From Phycisphaeraceae bacterium (GTDB taxonomy: Bacteria > Planctomycetota > Phycisphaerae > Phycisphaerales > Phycisphaeraceae), in contig OY771506.1 of assembly GCA_963674705.1 (NCBI GenBank), positions 1,504,001 to 1,568,000 of the forward strand: a stretch of DNA of 64,000 nucleotides. The letters are read 5' to 3'. Made by a program: the position numbers and the translations under genes. Within the stretch, counting starts at the first letter, position 1, and each line of letters begins with the position of its first letter. The notes below the pieces were generated by a model. It saw only the letters and a list, made by a program, of their open reading frames with translations, had not been told where the DNA came from and ran no database searches. This document shows, piece after piece, positions 10,304 to 20,490 of this stretch.

Positions 10304-10436
10304 AGCCTAACTCCTTCATATGACCGGCTTGTTGTGCCGGCTTACGGGTTTTACCCGCTTAATTAGTCGTTCTTATCAATCGGTCACAATTAATTATTGA
10401 TCTCGTACTTCACATCTTCGATCAATCAGTTGCACT

Positions 10437-11339
10437 TCAGCGTTCTTTTTCCAGCAAAATCAAACCCTGGGCCGCCCGTATACGCACGTCCGCAACGGAA
10501 TCATCCAACAGTTCGATCAGTTTCGGTTTCAGGTTTTGCAGGCCCGCCTCCCCTGCCACCAGCGCCGCATTCGCCCGGGTCCCAGGTGACTGGCCGGCAA
10601 GTTGATCTTCGATCAGCGTGCGTGCATGCGCATCCCCTATCCGCGCCAGGGCCTGTATGCACGAAAGACGTTCAATCTCTTCGGTATCTTGCCGGTCAAT
10701 GATTTGGTGGAGTTGATCAACCGAAGCTGTGTCGGCTAACAGTCCCGCCGCAAATATCGCATATCGACGGGGTCGATTTTCTTTCAGCTTCAATGATTCG
10801 TGAAGCGCGTTAAGTGCAACTTCATGATCTTCTTCTGAACGCAATAGCGCTGCCGCGGCAAACACGCGGAGGTTTAAATCATCCTCCTGTGTCATAGCCT
10901 CCAGCAGCGCTTGACGTTCACCGATCTCGCCCAGTTTCAATAGTGTCTCCGCTGCGTGCACACGGGCGTTCGATTGTTCATCTTTAAGAGCATCAATAAT
11001 CAACGTGAGTTTGCCGGTATCGCCTGCCCGTACCAATTCGCGCGCCACCCCCACGCGGTGTTGTGGATCCGTTGTTTCCGGCAGTTGTTGTTCAAGACGA
11101 TCACGTACAAGCTCTTCACGTCCAAGTAGGGTCAAAGCCTCGGCGGCATGCATGCTCGGCCAGAACTCGTCGCCGTGCAGTCCTTCAATCAATACGCTTT
11201 CACATCGCTGCATTAATGGATCGGTTACGGGCTTATTGTCTGCCTGCATGCCGGCGCAGCCAGCACACAAGATCACAACCACCACCAGCAGCAGTGATTG
11301 AGCGATATGAACACCGGCATTTTTTGTCATCTGCATCAC
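10437..11339 (-). CDS. HEAT-repeat lipoprotein
   Basis: Lipobox CAG-C; repeated ARVHAAETL / LRVFAAAAL / TRANAALVAG / VRIRAAQGL. Confidence 0.8.
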   Translation of the reverse strand: MMQMTKNAGVHIAQSLLLVVVVILCAGCAGMQADNKPVTDPLMQRCESVLIEGLHGDEFWPSMHAAEALTLLGREELVRDRLEQQLPETTDPQHRVGVARELVRAGDTGKLTLIIDALKDEQSNARVHAAETLLKLGEIGERQALLEAMTQEDDLNLRVFAAAALLRSEEDHEVALNALHESLKLKENRPRRYAIFAAGLLADTASVDQLHQIIDRQDTEEIERLSCIQALARIGDAHARTLIEDQLAGQSPGTRANAALVAGEAGLQNLKPKLIELLDDSVADVRIRAAQGLILLEKER

Positions 11340-12811
11340 GTCGCACTCTGCTCTGAAGTTGCCCTTGCTTCCACCGGTTTAACCAGCGATCCCAATCCCA
11401 CAATCAGCATGCTGACAGCGAACGCCGACGGCGCAACCCACAAGCTTTGCCACGGGCTGAAAGCAATCACCCAGGCAACCACGCTTCCCACCAGCATGCC
11501 CACGATCATAGCTAACGGCTGCACGCGCATCCGCAACAGCGAACACACGATGCATGCCAATAGCGGCCCGAGGAACGCGCCCAACAATGTCTGTGCGATA
11601 TCAAAAATATCCCCCAGATAGCTGACCAGCCCCGCAAGCACTGTCGCCAGCAGGCCAATCAATAAACTGGTGTTGCGGGCATATCTGAGTTTTTGTTTTT
11701 CCGTCATCGGGCTGCCGAACCTTGCGCGGAAGTCCAGCGTGATGTTGGCTGAGAGCGTGTTGATCCCGCTGGTCATGCTACTCATCGTCGCCGCAAGAAT
11801 GGCTGCAAGAACCAGGCCGGTGATGCCCGTTGGCAATTGCGTCGCGATGAAGTACGGGAAAACCTGGTCCGCATCCGCAGGCAGGTCGCTCGCCGGTACG
11901 CTGATGTACCAGGCCGCCAGCCCCAGACCGACCAGGCATAACAGAACGACTACGAGAATCACACCAATCGTATTAATCCCAAACGATCGGCTGGCTGCTT
12001 TCTCACTGCCGCAGGTGATGTAGCGTTGAAGCGACATCTGGTCGGACACGTAACTACTCAAGTTCGCCACCGTGAAGCCGGCAAGCATCGCCCAGATCGT
12101 GAACGGAACGGTAGGATTCAGCGAGAAGTTGGCGACTTTGAGTTTGCCGTTATCCGCCAGGCTTTGAGCCGCTTGCGACCAAGATATCGGCATCTTGGTC
12201 AGGATGATGATAAGTGCCAGCACCAGGCTGCCCGCGATCACGACGAACTGCATCGCGTCCGTCGCAATCACGCCGCGTATACCACCGAGCGAAGCATAGA
12301 CCGTGCTGCTGACACCGATGGTAATCGCGATCGCCCAGAACCAGCCATCCTCTAAACCGATCGCACCCATCAGTGCAACCGTCGGTGCATAGATCAGCGC
12401 CGCCATCCAGCCAACGCGCAATAGCAAAAACATCCCGGCCGCGAGCGTACGCACCTGTATCCCGAAGTGCTGCTCAATCACCTGGTACGGCTCACGCGGC
12501 GGGTTCTTCATATACCTCGGCAGGAACCAATACTTCAAGACAAACCACGACACGATGAAACTGACGAGCACGAAGAAAACAGTAACGCCGTTCTTATACA
12601 CAATGCTCGGGAAAGCGATGAAGCTGATCCCGCTGAATAGCGTCGCGGCGATACTCAAGCCGACGAGTATGTTTTGAAAGGTGCTGGTCATCCGCCCGCC
12701 GCCGGTGAAGTAGTCGTCGGCATCGCGTTGATGCCCGCCGTACCACAAGCCGGTCGCGATTGTCAGCAAGAGGTAAAGAACAATCACAATCCAATCGAGC
12801 GTTGTCAGCAT
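11336..12811 (-). CDS. Sodium:solute symporter (SSS; SiaT-like sugar/sugar-acid subgroup)
   Basis: DYFTGG, GLSIAATLFSGISF, GGIRGVIATDAMQ, SDQMSLQRY, AATMSSMTSGIN. Confidence 0.9.
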   Translation of the reverse strand: MLTTLDWIVIVLYLLLTIATGLWYGGHQRDADDYFTGGGRMTSTFQNILVGLSIAATLFSGISFIAFPSIVYKNGVTVFFVLVSFIVSWFVLKYWFLPRYMKNPPREPYQVIEQHFGIQVRTLAAGMFLLLRVGWMAALIYAPTVALMGAIGLEDGWFWAIAITIGVSSTVYASLGGIRGVIATDAMQFVVIAGSLVLALIIILTKMPISWSQAAQSLADNGKLKVANFSLNPTVPFTIWAMLAGFTVANLSSYVSDQMSLQRYITCGSEKAASRSFGINTIGVILVVVLLCLVGLGLAAWYISVPASDLPADADQVFPYFIATQLPTGITGLVLAAILAATMSSMTSGINTLSANITLDFRARFGSPMTEKQKLRYARNTSLLIGLLATVLAGLVSYLGDIFDIAQTLLGAFLGPLLACIVCSLLRMRVQPLAMIVGMLVGSVVAWVIAFSPWQSLWVAPSAFAVSMLIVGLGSLVKPVEARATSEQSAT

Positions 12812-12920
12812 GTGTCAGTTTCACTTCAACGGGTTAAAACCAAAGCGTCAATACACGATCGGGCACCCGTCGAATCGATCCCCGCTGACAGATAACGTTT
12901 GTCATCTGCGAGCGATCCTG

Positions 12921-14063
12921 TCAGGTCAGGTCCTGCAGGCTCGTAGCCGGGTCGAAGCCCGTCTGGATCTTGTATGACACGGGGCTATTCAGCGGGAGGT
13001 GCCCGTCGATCATCTGCCCAAGCAGTTCGACCGATTTACTGCCCGTGTACGATTCATCAACGATCACGGTCGCCAGCTCGCTTGCGATCACACCGTCGCG
13101 TTGCTGGCCCCCGACCGTCACGATGGATAAATCTTCCGGCACGCGGATGCCCAGGCGCGATGCGATCACATACACCCATTCACCGACCGGCATGAAACTG
13201 GTGAACACGGCCGTCGGCCGATCCTTACTTTTAAGTAGCTTCTCCAGCCACTCGGTAAGTTTGGGTGCAAAACGTTTGGGCACATCCGTAGCCGAAGCGA
13301 TGTCGCCGATGTATGACCAATCCTCATTCCAGGCCACATCCACGTCCCCCATGGCCGCGCGGAGGCCGCGCGCATAACCCATAGTGGCCGCGGATTGCTG
13401 GAAGGAAATAAATCCGATCTTCTCGTGACCGCGCTGAAGCATCGCCCTGCCCGCCGCTTCGCCGATCTCCCTTGCCGGATAGATCAGCAATGGCGCTTCC
13501 ACGCCTTCAACACCACGGTGCAGCAGCACGACGGGCACACCCTGGTTATGCAGCATCTCGATCTGATGGCGCGGCGGCGGCCCGCTCGTGGTCGGCAATA
13601 ACGCGACACCGCTGATCCCCTCGGTCATGATCTGGACCATGATGTCGCCCTGCTTGTGCACATCATTATTACTCGCACAGGCGATCATGCGCCGGCCGAC
13701 CTTCCCGGCCGAGGTCTCGAAAGAGGTCACAAGATTGGGGTAGAAACCGATGTTCAATTCCGGGATGACCAATGCATAAGCGTTGAGCCTGGCCGATCCG
13801 CTTGGCCGGGCCGGCTTCTGTGGTGCGACGACGTGCGTACCGCCACGCTTCTTGGAGACCAGCTTGCCTTCGGAGGCAAGGGCGCTGATCGCCCGGTTGA
13901 TCGTGCTGTACGGCAGGCCCGCCTCCGCCATGATCTGACGGATAGTCGGCAGTTTGTCGCCGTGCTTCAGCCGTCCCTCATCGATGGCCTGCCGCAACTG
14001 GTCGGTCACCTCGCGGGTGGTCTTCGGTGGACGCTGAAAGATCGTTTGGTAAAGGACAGTCAT
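12921..14063 (-). CDS. GntR-family HTH regulator with LacI-type sugar-binding domain
   Basis: GDKLPTIRQI...TINRAISALASEGKL; C-terminal RPTAVF..LGIRVPEDLSIV. Confidence 0.9.
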   Translation of the reverse strand: MTVLYQTIFQRPPKTTREVTDQLRQAIDEGRLKHGDKLPTIRQIMAEAGLPYSTINRAISALASEGKLVSKKRGGTHVVAPQKPARPSGSARLNAYALVIPELNIGFYPNLVTSFETSAGKVGRRMIACASNNDVHKQGDIMVQIMTEGISGVALLPTTSGPPPRHQIEMLHNQGVPVVLLHRGVEGVEAPLLIYPAREIGEAAGRAMLQRGHEKIGFISFQQSAATMGYARGLRAAMGDVDVAWNEDWSYIGDIASATDVPKRFAPKLTEWLEKLLKSKDRPTAVFTSFMPVGEWVYVIASRLGIRVPEDLSIVTVGGQQRDGVIASELATVIVDESYTGSKSVELLGQMIDGHLPLNSPVSYKIQTGFDPATSLQDLT

Positions 14064-14372
14064 GGCTTCACTTCCGGTGCTGAATCAATAAGGATCATTG
14101 ACCAGCCAGTATGGTAACTTTAATCGAATTCCACTAGCCAGTCAATATATTATTCAACATATTGATAATAATATTCATAATTCTACCTGTCATTAACAAC
14201 CCAGGCCCCTTCGCGACCACATCTTATCCTCACACGGGCCGTTCGATCCATATTGAGTTGTAAATAATTTATTAAAAGTAATTTAAGTAAATTTTGCAGA
14301 CGGTTTGGCTTTCTTGGCCGGCACAGTCGCGACGATACGGCCAACTTTGGCTCGAAGTTTTGGATAAATCTA

Positions 14373-14400
14373 TTGACATGAATATTAAACGTGATATATT
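14373..14400 (+). promoter_or_regulatory. Sigma-70-type promoter for the PEP-CTERM/sialidase operon
   Basis: TTGACA, 16 nt, TATATT with upstream TG (extended -10), in an AT-rich divergent intergenic region. Confidence 0.55.
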
Positions 14401-14637
14401 GATTATTAATAAATGTATGATTTGTTCTGATTGTGTTTTTTGTTGCGGCATTTATTCGGCGGGCTGACTGGCTTCCCAGTGTTCTCAAGCAGTCCGCTCT
14501 TGGCCAGAAAGGTGATCGTGAAAGCTTGTACTCGGCCAACCCGCGAAGCAGCACTTGTGCCCGGGTTGGCGTGCGGATTGTCTGCGGAGCGGTTCCGCAA
14601 TACACGCACTTATCTATATAGAGAGGATGGAGAGAGA

Positions 14638-15561
14638 ATGATGAAGCATGAATCGAGAATCAAGCGGTGGGTGATGCCTGGCGCCGTTGCCGGTTTTGCA
14701 TTGGCTTGTTTCGCGGGGTCGGCATCTGCAGGTTATGTCGATACCGTCACCTCGCAATCTCCCGAGTTCTACTGGCGGCTGAACGACACCGCCAAGGGAA
14801 CCATCGCCGTTGAAGTCGACAATAGTGCCACCGCCGACAGCTCCGCTTCCGTGCTGGAAACCAATGACATGACGGTCGGCGACACATCCGGTGTTTCGCT
14901 TTCACCAACCGGCGGTTTTGCTGGCTTCGAGGCGGGTAACTCCTGGTTTACCCTCCCCGGTACAAACTCCAGCGACCTGATCTTCAACCTGACCGATCCT
15001 AAAGGTGTCATGAGCAGCACACTGGGTTCGGTAACGAACTGGATCAAGACCACGACAGGACCGACGCCGACCTATACCTACGGCACCCTGCTGCGCGTCG
15101 ACCAGGGCGGGACCGGCTCGCTTTACACCTTCATCGACAACGAAGGCAAGTTCGGGATCCGTATCACCAACGGCTCCGGTGAAACGATCGTGCTGGCAGA
15201 TGTCCGAACAGTGAACTCATATAACGATGACCAATGGCATCATGTGGCTGCGACTTGGGATGAATCGGCAGGACAGGCGATTATCTATGTGGATGGCGGC
15301 AGCCTGCTCGGCGGCGAGACCGTGATCGGTACCTTCACGGATGGTGTTGATTTTATTTCCAGCGGTCGACATCAGTTCGGCAAGGGCCACAGTAATTCCC
15401 TCCGTTACGTGGGCAGTGCCGATGAATTGGCCATCTGGACTGGTGCTCTCTCTGACCAGCAGATCGCAGCACAGTATCAATCGGCGATCCCTGAGCCGAC
15501 CAGCTCGGCACTGATCGGGTTGGGTGCCTTGGCGCTCTGTCGGCGTTCGGTTCGAGATTGA
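14638..15561 (+). CDS. Secreted LamG/ConA-like lectin-fold PEP-CTERM protein
   Basis: Signal peptide (..SASA), YWRLND, NDDQWHHVAATW..IYVDG, ADELAIW, C-terminal IPEP+TM+RR. Confidence 0.85.
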   Translation: MMKHESRIKRWVMPGAVAGFALACFAGSASAGYVDTVTSQSPEFYWRLNDTAKGTIAVEVDNSATADSSASVLETNDMTVGDTSGVSLSPTGGFAGFEAGNSWFTLPGTNSSDLIFNLTDPKGVMSSTLGSVTNWIKTTTGPTPTYTYGTLLRVDQGGTGSLYTFIDNEGKFGIRITNGSGETIVLADVRTVNSYNDDQWHHVAATWDESAGQAIIYVDGGSLLGGETVIGTFTDGVDFISSGRHQFGKGHSNSLRYVGSADELAIWTGALSDQQIAAQYQSAIPEPTSSALIGLGALALCRRSVRD

Positions 15562-15669
15562 TCTGACGCACCTTCCTCCAAGAGCGGTGGTCACTTGACG
15601 GTGGCCCCCGCCATTAAAAACCAAGGCCGGACTACAAGACCGGCTTAATCAGGTAAGGAAACGCTCAAC

Positions 15670-16824
15670 ATGGCGATACGTGAAGGATTTACCAAAACGC
15701 TGGCAACCGTCCTCCTGTCAACCGCGATGGCTGCATGCACCGCGGTAGCGCAGCAGTCACCTGCGACAGGCAAGAGCGGTATGCCCGCCCGAACTTCGTC
15801 GGGAGAATTAGCCAAACCGACCTTTGCCATCGAAAACGTCTGCGCCTGGCCGAACCTTACGATGCTGGATGATGGAACGATCCTCGCCACAATCTACAAC
15901 AAACCGAGTCACGGCCTGATGCTCGGGGACATCGAAGTCTGGGGTTCTACCGATCAAGGTAAAACCTGGAACAAGCAAGGCGCACCAACCGTACACGAGC
16001 CCGGCGAACCCAACACACGCATGAATCACGCGGTGGGCCTGGCAGGCAACGGCGACTTGATCGTCATTGGTGGCGGGTGGTCTTTGGCGTACAAAGACCC
16101 TGACAATAAAGACAAGGGGTTCAACCGCGTTGCGCGTTTGCGCCCTTGGGTTTCACGCTCAAGCGACAACGGCCGAACATGGCAGGTCGATAAAGAAGGC
16201 TTCCCCGCCAACGCGCCGGACGGCGGCATCCTCCACGGCTTCGGTGACATCGTCTGCGGGCAGGATGGCGATCTGCGCGTCGCGGCTTATACCTACCACT
16301 ACGAACTGAAGAAGGCGATGGGCACTTACGTCCTTCGCAGTAAAGATGATGGCCGCACGTGGGGCGATCCGGTCTTGATCGATCCAGACAAAGAAACTGA
16401 TGAGACTTTCCTGATCCATCTTGGTGAAGGCCGTTGGCTGGCCGCGGTGCGGTCCGGTCGGTTGTTCCTGTATCGCTCGGATGATGATGCCAAACATTGG
16501 GAGCTGGTCGGCCCGCTTACGGAAGACAAGGAAGTCCCCGCTGATCTTCTGAAACTCAAAGACGGCCGGTTGCTTTTCTGTTACGGCCGACGCGTCGAGA
16601 GTGATGAATATGTCGCGGCGCGCATCAGTGAAGATGACGGCCAGACCTGGTCAAACCCCGTGCGTCTCGCGGAATTCATCGGATGGGACGGCGGCTACCC
16701 AAGCACGGTGCAACTGGCGGATGGCTCGCTGCTCACCGCTTTCTACGCACGAAAAACAACGTACCAGAACGGCCATCACATGGGTGTGGTTCGTTGGGAT
16801 GCTGATATGAGCTTTGAACATTAA
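15670..16824 (+). CDS. Sialidase-like BNR/Asp-box glycoside hydrolase (GH33-like)
   Basis: Signal peptide; Asp boxes STDQGKTW, SSDNGRTW, SKDDGRTW, SDDDAKHW, SEDDGQTW; DGGYPS. Confidence 0.85.
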   Translation: MAIREGFTKTLATVLLSTAMAACTAVAQQSPATGKSGMPARTSSGELAKPTFAIENVCAWPNLTMLDDGTILATIYNKPSHGLMLGDIEVWGSTDQGKTWNKQGAPTVHEPGEPNTRMNHAVGLAGNGDLIVIGGGWSLAYKDPDNKDKGFNRVARLRPWVSRSSDNGRTWQVDKEGFPANAPDGGILHGFGDIVCGQDGDLRVAAYTYHYELKKAMGTYVLRSKDDGRTWGDPVLIDPDKETDETFLIHLGEGRWLAAVRSGRLFLYRSDDDAKHWELVGPLTEDKEVPADLLKLKDGRLLFCYGRRVESDEYVAARISEDDGQTWSNPVRLAEFIGWDGGYPSTVQLADGSLLTAFYARKTTYQNGHHMGVVRWDADMSFEH

Positions 16825-16970
16825 CTGATTAATCAATATGTAACGTCAACGTTCTTTAACTCAATCGAATCGTCTTGTTCATTTTAAGTGGTGTTTCAAT
16901 CCTGAACACCCCGGTCAAAACCAGTCTCGCTGATAAGTGGGATCAACAAAAGAACTCTTAGGAGGTTCAC

Positions 16971-18170
16971 ATGTTCGGAGAAGTGAAAGGTCTGACAAAA
17001 AGTGGATGGATTGCGGCACTGCCGTGCAGCGTGTTGGCGTTCGCGTTGGCTACGCAGTCGGCGCAGGCGGGCAACTACTACGACGTCCTTGCCGGCCAAA
17101 CCCCACTGCTGCATTTCGGCTTTAATGAATCAACCAATCCCGGTGACACCTCGACTATCGCAACCGAGGTCGACAACCTCGATCTGCTGCTGGGTGCAGG
17201 CAACTTTGTCGCCGACGCCAACCTGGGTATCGACACGGTTGTAGGCGTTGCGAGCCTCGAACCGTCAAGCGGTTTTGATGGTTTCGATGCCGGCAACACC
17301 GGTTTTAACTTCAATACACTTTCAGGCAACTGCCTCGTTATGAGCCTCACCAACCCCTTGAATTCCATGGGTATGGCCGCCGGCAGCTTCAGCACATGGG
17401 TACGCGCGACCGATCCGAGCCCGGATGGCTTGGGTACCGCCGGCATGTTGTATCTCGGTGACGAAGGCGGCGGCGAGGTCATGAATGTGCGCTTCGCCAA
17501 TCTGCCCGACGGCAGCGGGGTTTTCACCATTGAACTGAGCACGGATGACGTGCCGACGATCTATGCTGAAACCGATGGAACTACCGACTACTCCGATGGC
17601 CAGTGGCACCATGTCGTGGCGACCTGGGGATACGACGGGGTCCTGGATAGCGGATTCCTGAATATCTACGTGGATGGCGGTGACCTGGCGGGCGGCGAAC
17701 AGGATACCGCCACGTTCGATTCCATCTCGTTCCCGAACATCTGGATCGGTGACCAGATCATGGACTTTGACTACCGCCAGCGTATAGGTAAGGGGCGCGC
17801 CAACGCGATGCGCTACAACGGAGACATGGACGAACCGGCGTTGTGGAACCGCGTTCTCACGGCCGAGGAAGTCAAGGCACAATTTGATGCCGCGTTCGCC
17901 GTCGGTGGATTGGATGGCGATCTGAATGGCGACGGCTTCGTCGGCCTGGATGACCTTGACATCATCCTCAGCAACTGGAACCTGAATGTTCCGCCCGGCG
18001 ATGCGGCCGCTGATCCGACAGGTGACGGCTACGTCGGCCTGGAAGACCTGGACATCGTGCTGAACCACTGGAACGAAGGCACCCCGCCTGCTGCGGTCGT
18101 GCCCGAACCGGCGGCCCTGTCTCTGCTTGGCCTGGGTGGCCTGGCACTGATCCGCCGCAACAAGCGCTGA
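16971..18170 (+). CDS. LamG-fold PEP-CTERM protein with dockerin-like EF-hand doublet
   Basis: DGQWHHVVATW..IYVDG; GDLNGDGFVGLDDLD / DPTGDGYVGLEDLD; VPEP+TM+RRNKR. Confidence 0.85.
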   Translation: MFGEVKGLTKSGWIAALPCSVLAFALATQSAQAGNYYDVLAGQTPLLHFGFNESTNPGDTSTIATEVDNLDLLLGAGNFVADANLGIDTVVGVASLEPSSGFDGFDAGNTGFNFNTLSGNCLVMSLTNPLNSMGMAAGSFSTWVRATDPSPDGLGTAGMLYLGDEGGGEVMNVRFANLPDGSGVFTIELSTDDVPTIYAETDGTTDYSDGQWHHVVATWGYDGVLDSGFLNIYVDGGDLAGGEQDTATFDSISFPNIWIGDQIMDFDYRQRIGKGRANAMRYNGDMDEPALWNRVLTAEEVKAQFDAAFAVGGLDGDLNGDGFVGLDDLDIILSNWNLNVPPGDAAADPTGDGYVGLEDLDIVLNHWNEGTPPAAVVPEPAALSLLGLGGLALIRRNKR

Positions 18171-18292
18171 ACATCACCGATACACCACCCGTGCCGGTTA
18201 ACGCCGACACGGGTGATTCACAAAACAGTTAGTAGTCAAAAGGGATGACGTGTCCCTCGCGCTATCCGTACGCACTCATGAAGGACTCAATC

Positions 18293-19084
18293 ATGATCCG
18301 GTCGAAAGGTTTCACACTCATCGAACTGCTCGTTGTTATCTCAATCATTGCGCTGCTGGTCGGCATCCTCCTGCCGGCGCTCGGGGCGGCTCGCCGGACC
18401 GCGATCAGTGTCAAGTGCCTGTCCAACCACCGCCAGATCGCGATCGGTATCGTCAGCTATCAGAATGACTATGAGGATCACTTCCCGAACAAGGTTATCT
18501 ATGAAGAACCCGCCAGCCTGCATGGTGCGGCCCCGATGGTTGCGACGCAGTCCTGGCTGGGTACCGCCGGGAGTGCCGGCGGATACGCCAGGTACGGCGC
18601 TGATGTTCGTTATCTGAATCCTTACGTTGGTGGCCCGTATGCTGATCCCGAAGACTCCGTGCCTGTCGCTGTTTGCCCGGCGGATGAACAGCAGGATGAC
18701 AACTCACTGTTTTATTCCTGGGGCACCTCCTACCGTGCCAATACAGCCCACAAACGCAGCCTGACCCGTAACGATCATGGGCTGAAGTATCAGAACGGCC
18801 GGCTGGCGACCGAAGTGGTCAATCCGTCCAAGACCGTTGCGATGTTTGAGTCCAAGGCTCTTGAGGTTTGTTACCCCGCGAGCAACTTCAACGTGGAAAC
18901 AAACATGACGGCCCGTGACTTCTGGCATACGAATAAGGGCGATTACCGGTTTAATACATCCCTGTGCGACGGGCACGCTGAGATGATCAGCTATGAGCCC
19001 ACGAAGTGGGCCACGGATGCCTATACGTTTAATGTCGATCAATATCAGGAGTATCCGGATCAAGCAAACGAAATCCTCCCCTGA
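18293..19084 (+). CDS. Prepilin-type N-methylation / DUF1559-like protein
   Basis: [36 protein letters not shown]-terminal H-X9-DG-like N..CDGHA. Confidence 0.9.
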   Translation: MIRSKGFTLIELLVVISIIALLVGILLPALGAARRTAISVKCLSNHRQIAIGIVSYQNDYEDHFPNKVIYEEPASLHGAAPMVATQSWLGTAGSAGGYARYGADVRYLNPYVGGPYADPEDSVPVAVCPADEQQDDNSLFYSWGTSYRANTAHKRSLTRNDHGLKYQNGRLATEVVNPSKTVAMFESKALEVCYPASNFNVETNMTARDFWHTNKGDYRFNTSLCDGHAEMISYEPTKWATDAYTFNVDQYQEYPDQANEILP

Positions 19085-19351
19085 CCAAACTTCTCAACCC
19101 TCCAACCTTGATGCCATGCAAACAAAGCGTTTGTGAGGCATCAAGGTTTTTTCATTTCGGCTGGGGCGAAGCGCTACCCGACTATGTTAAACGTGTTGGC
19201 GCGACAGTTCCTTACCGGTGTATACAAACTGTCTCACTACTCAGGAATCGAAAATCAAACAAAAAGCAAGGTCAATCAGCACTTCCTTGATAAACTACAT
19301 GTTCGCGTTCGTAGCCGGGCCGCGTCGTAGCATCATCCGGCGCACCCACGT

Positions 19352-20203
19352 GTGATGCACGAGCGATTGATGTCGCAAACATGTTCAAGGAATTCTGCGA
19401 TGTGCCGATTAGCCTCCTGTTTCCTGTTATCACTGGTATTACTTGTCATCGGTTGCGATCGCGATAGCGAATCCGGCGACCAGGCGCAGGCCGTCAACAT
19501 CTATGCCGCGGCAAGCACCGCCCACGTGCTCGAACCACTGGCCGCCCAATATGAAAAGCAAACGCACCAGACTGTTCGATGCAACGCCGCCGCCAGCTCC
19601 ACGCTTGCGCTACAGATCGAACAGGGCGCACCGGCCGACATCTATCTCTCCGCCAATCAGCGCTGGATGGATCATCTGCTTCAAGCCGGCCTGATCAACG
19701 AACAAACCAAGACCGACTTGCTCGCCAACCAGATTGTCCTGATCGGGTATGCAGGCGAAGAACTCGCAAATAATCCGCCGCAAGACGTCGATATCGTCAA
19801 ACAGTTATCCAGCTACGAAGGCAAACTCGCGATGGGGGATCCCGACCACGTCCCCGCCGGGATGTATGCCAAGTCCGCCTTGCAATCATTAGGCCTCTGG
19901 AGCGCGGTCGAATCAAAGATCATCCCCGCCAAGGATGTACGCTCAGCCTTATTGCTTGTTGAGCGCGGCGAAACACAATTAGGCATCGTCTACAAGACCG
20001 ACGCGGTATCCAGCGATCGTGTTGTCATCCTCGCAACCTTCCCCGATGAAAGTCACAAGCCGATCCGCTACCCCATCGCACTCACAACAACTGCTAACAG
20101 CCACGCTCAAGCGTTCATGGATTACTTGAAAACTGAAGCAAGCCGTAGCGCTTTCGAAGCCGCCGGCTTCAGATTCCTCGGCGGATCAGACGACGTCCAC
20201 TGA
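19352..20203 (+). CDS. modA: Molybdate ABC transporter substrate-binding lipoprotein
   Basis: YAAAS, AASSTLALQIEQGAPADIYLSAN, GDPDHVPAGMYA, DVRSAL..VERGE, GIVYKTDA; lipobox VIG-C; exact start uncertain. Confidence 0.92.
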   Translation: MMHERLMSQTCSRNSAMCRLASCFLLSLVLLVIGCDRDSESGDQAQAVNIYAAASTAHVLEPLAAQYEKQTHQTVRCNAAASSTLALQIEQGAPADIYLSANQRWMDHLLQAGLINEQTKTDLLANQIVLIGYAGEELANNPPQDVDIVKQLSSYEGKLAMGDPDHVPAGMYAKSALQSLGLWSAVESKIIPAKDVRSALLLVERGETQLGIVYKTDAVSSDRVVILATFPDESHKPIRYPIALTTTANSHAQAFMDYLKTEASRSAFEAAGFRFLGGSDDVH

Positions 20204-20490
20204 CACCCGACCGAAGCAAATCACTTTTGTTAACAGGTGTTCGGAGACATGGGTAACACTTTCTGAGGTTACCAGCCGCTTCGCATGCGGGGCGTGCAAT
20301 ACCACCCCGATGAGCGTGCAGCCCCTCCCAGTTCTCATCAAGATGTTCCACCCCAAGAGCATTTCCCCGCCAGTTATTTCAACGTACGAATAAAATATTA
20401 GGCGATTTGTGGCCCGATCTCCCCCATGTTGACATGCTATCGCAACGCAGCGGTCTCAGAGGTTGAGCGGTTGATCCCAAGCCACCGGCA

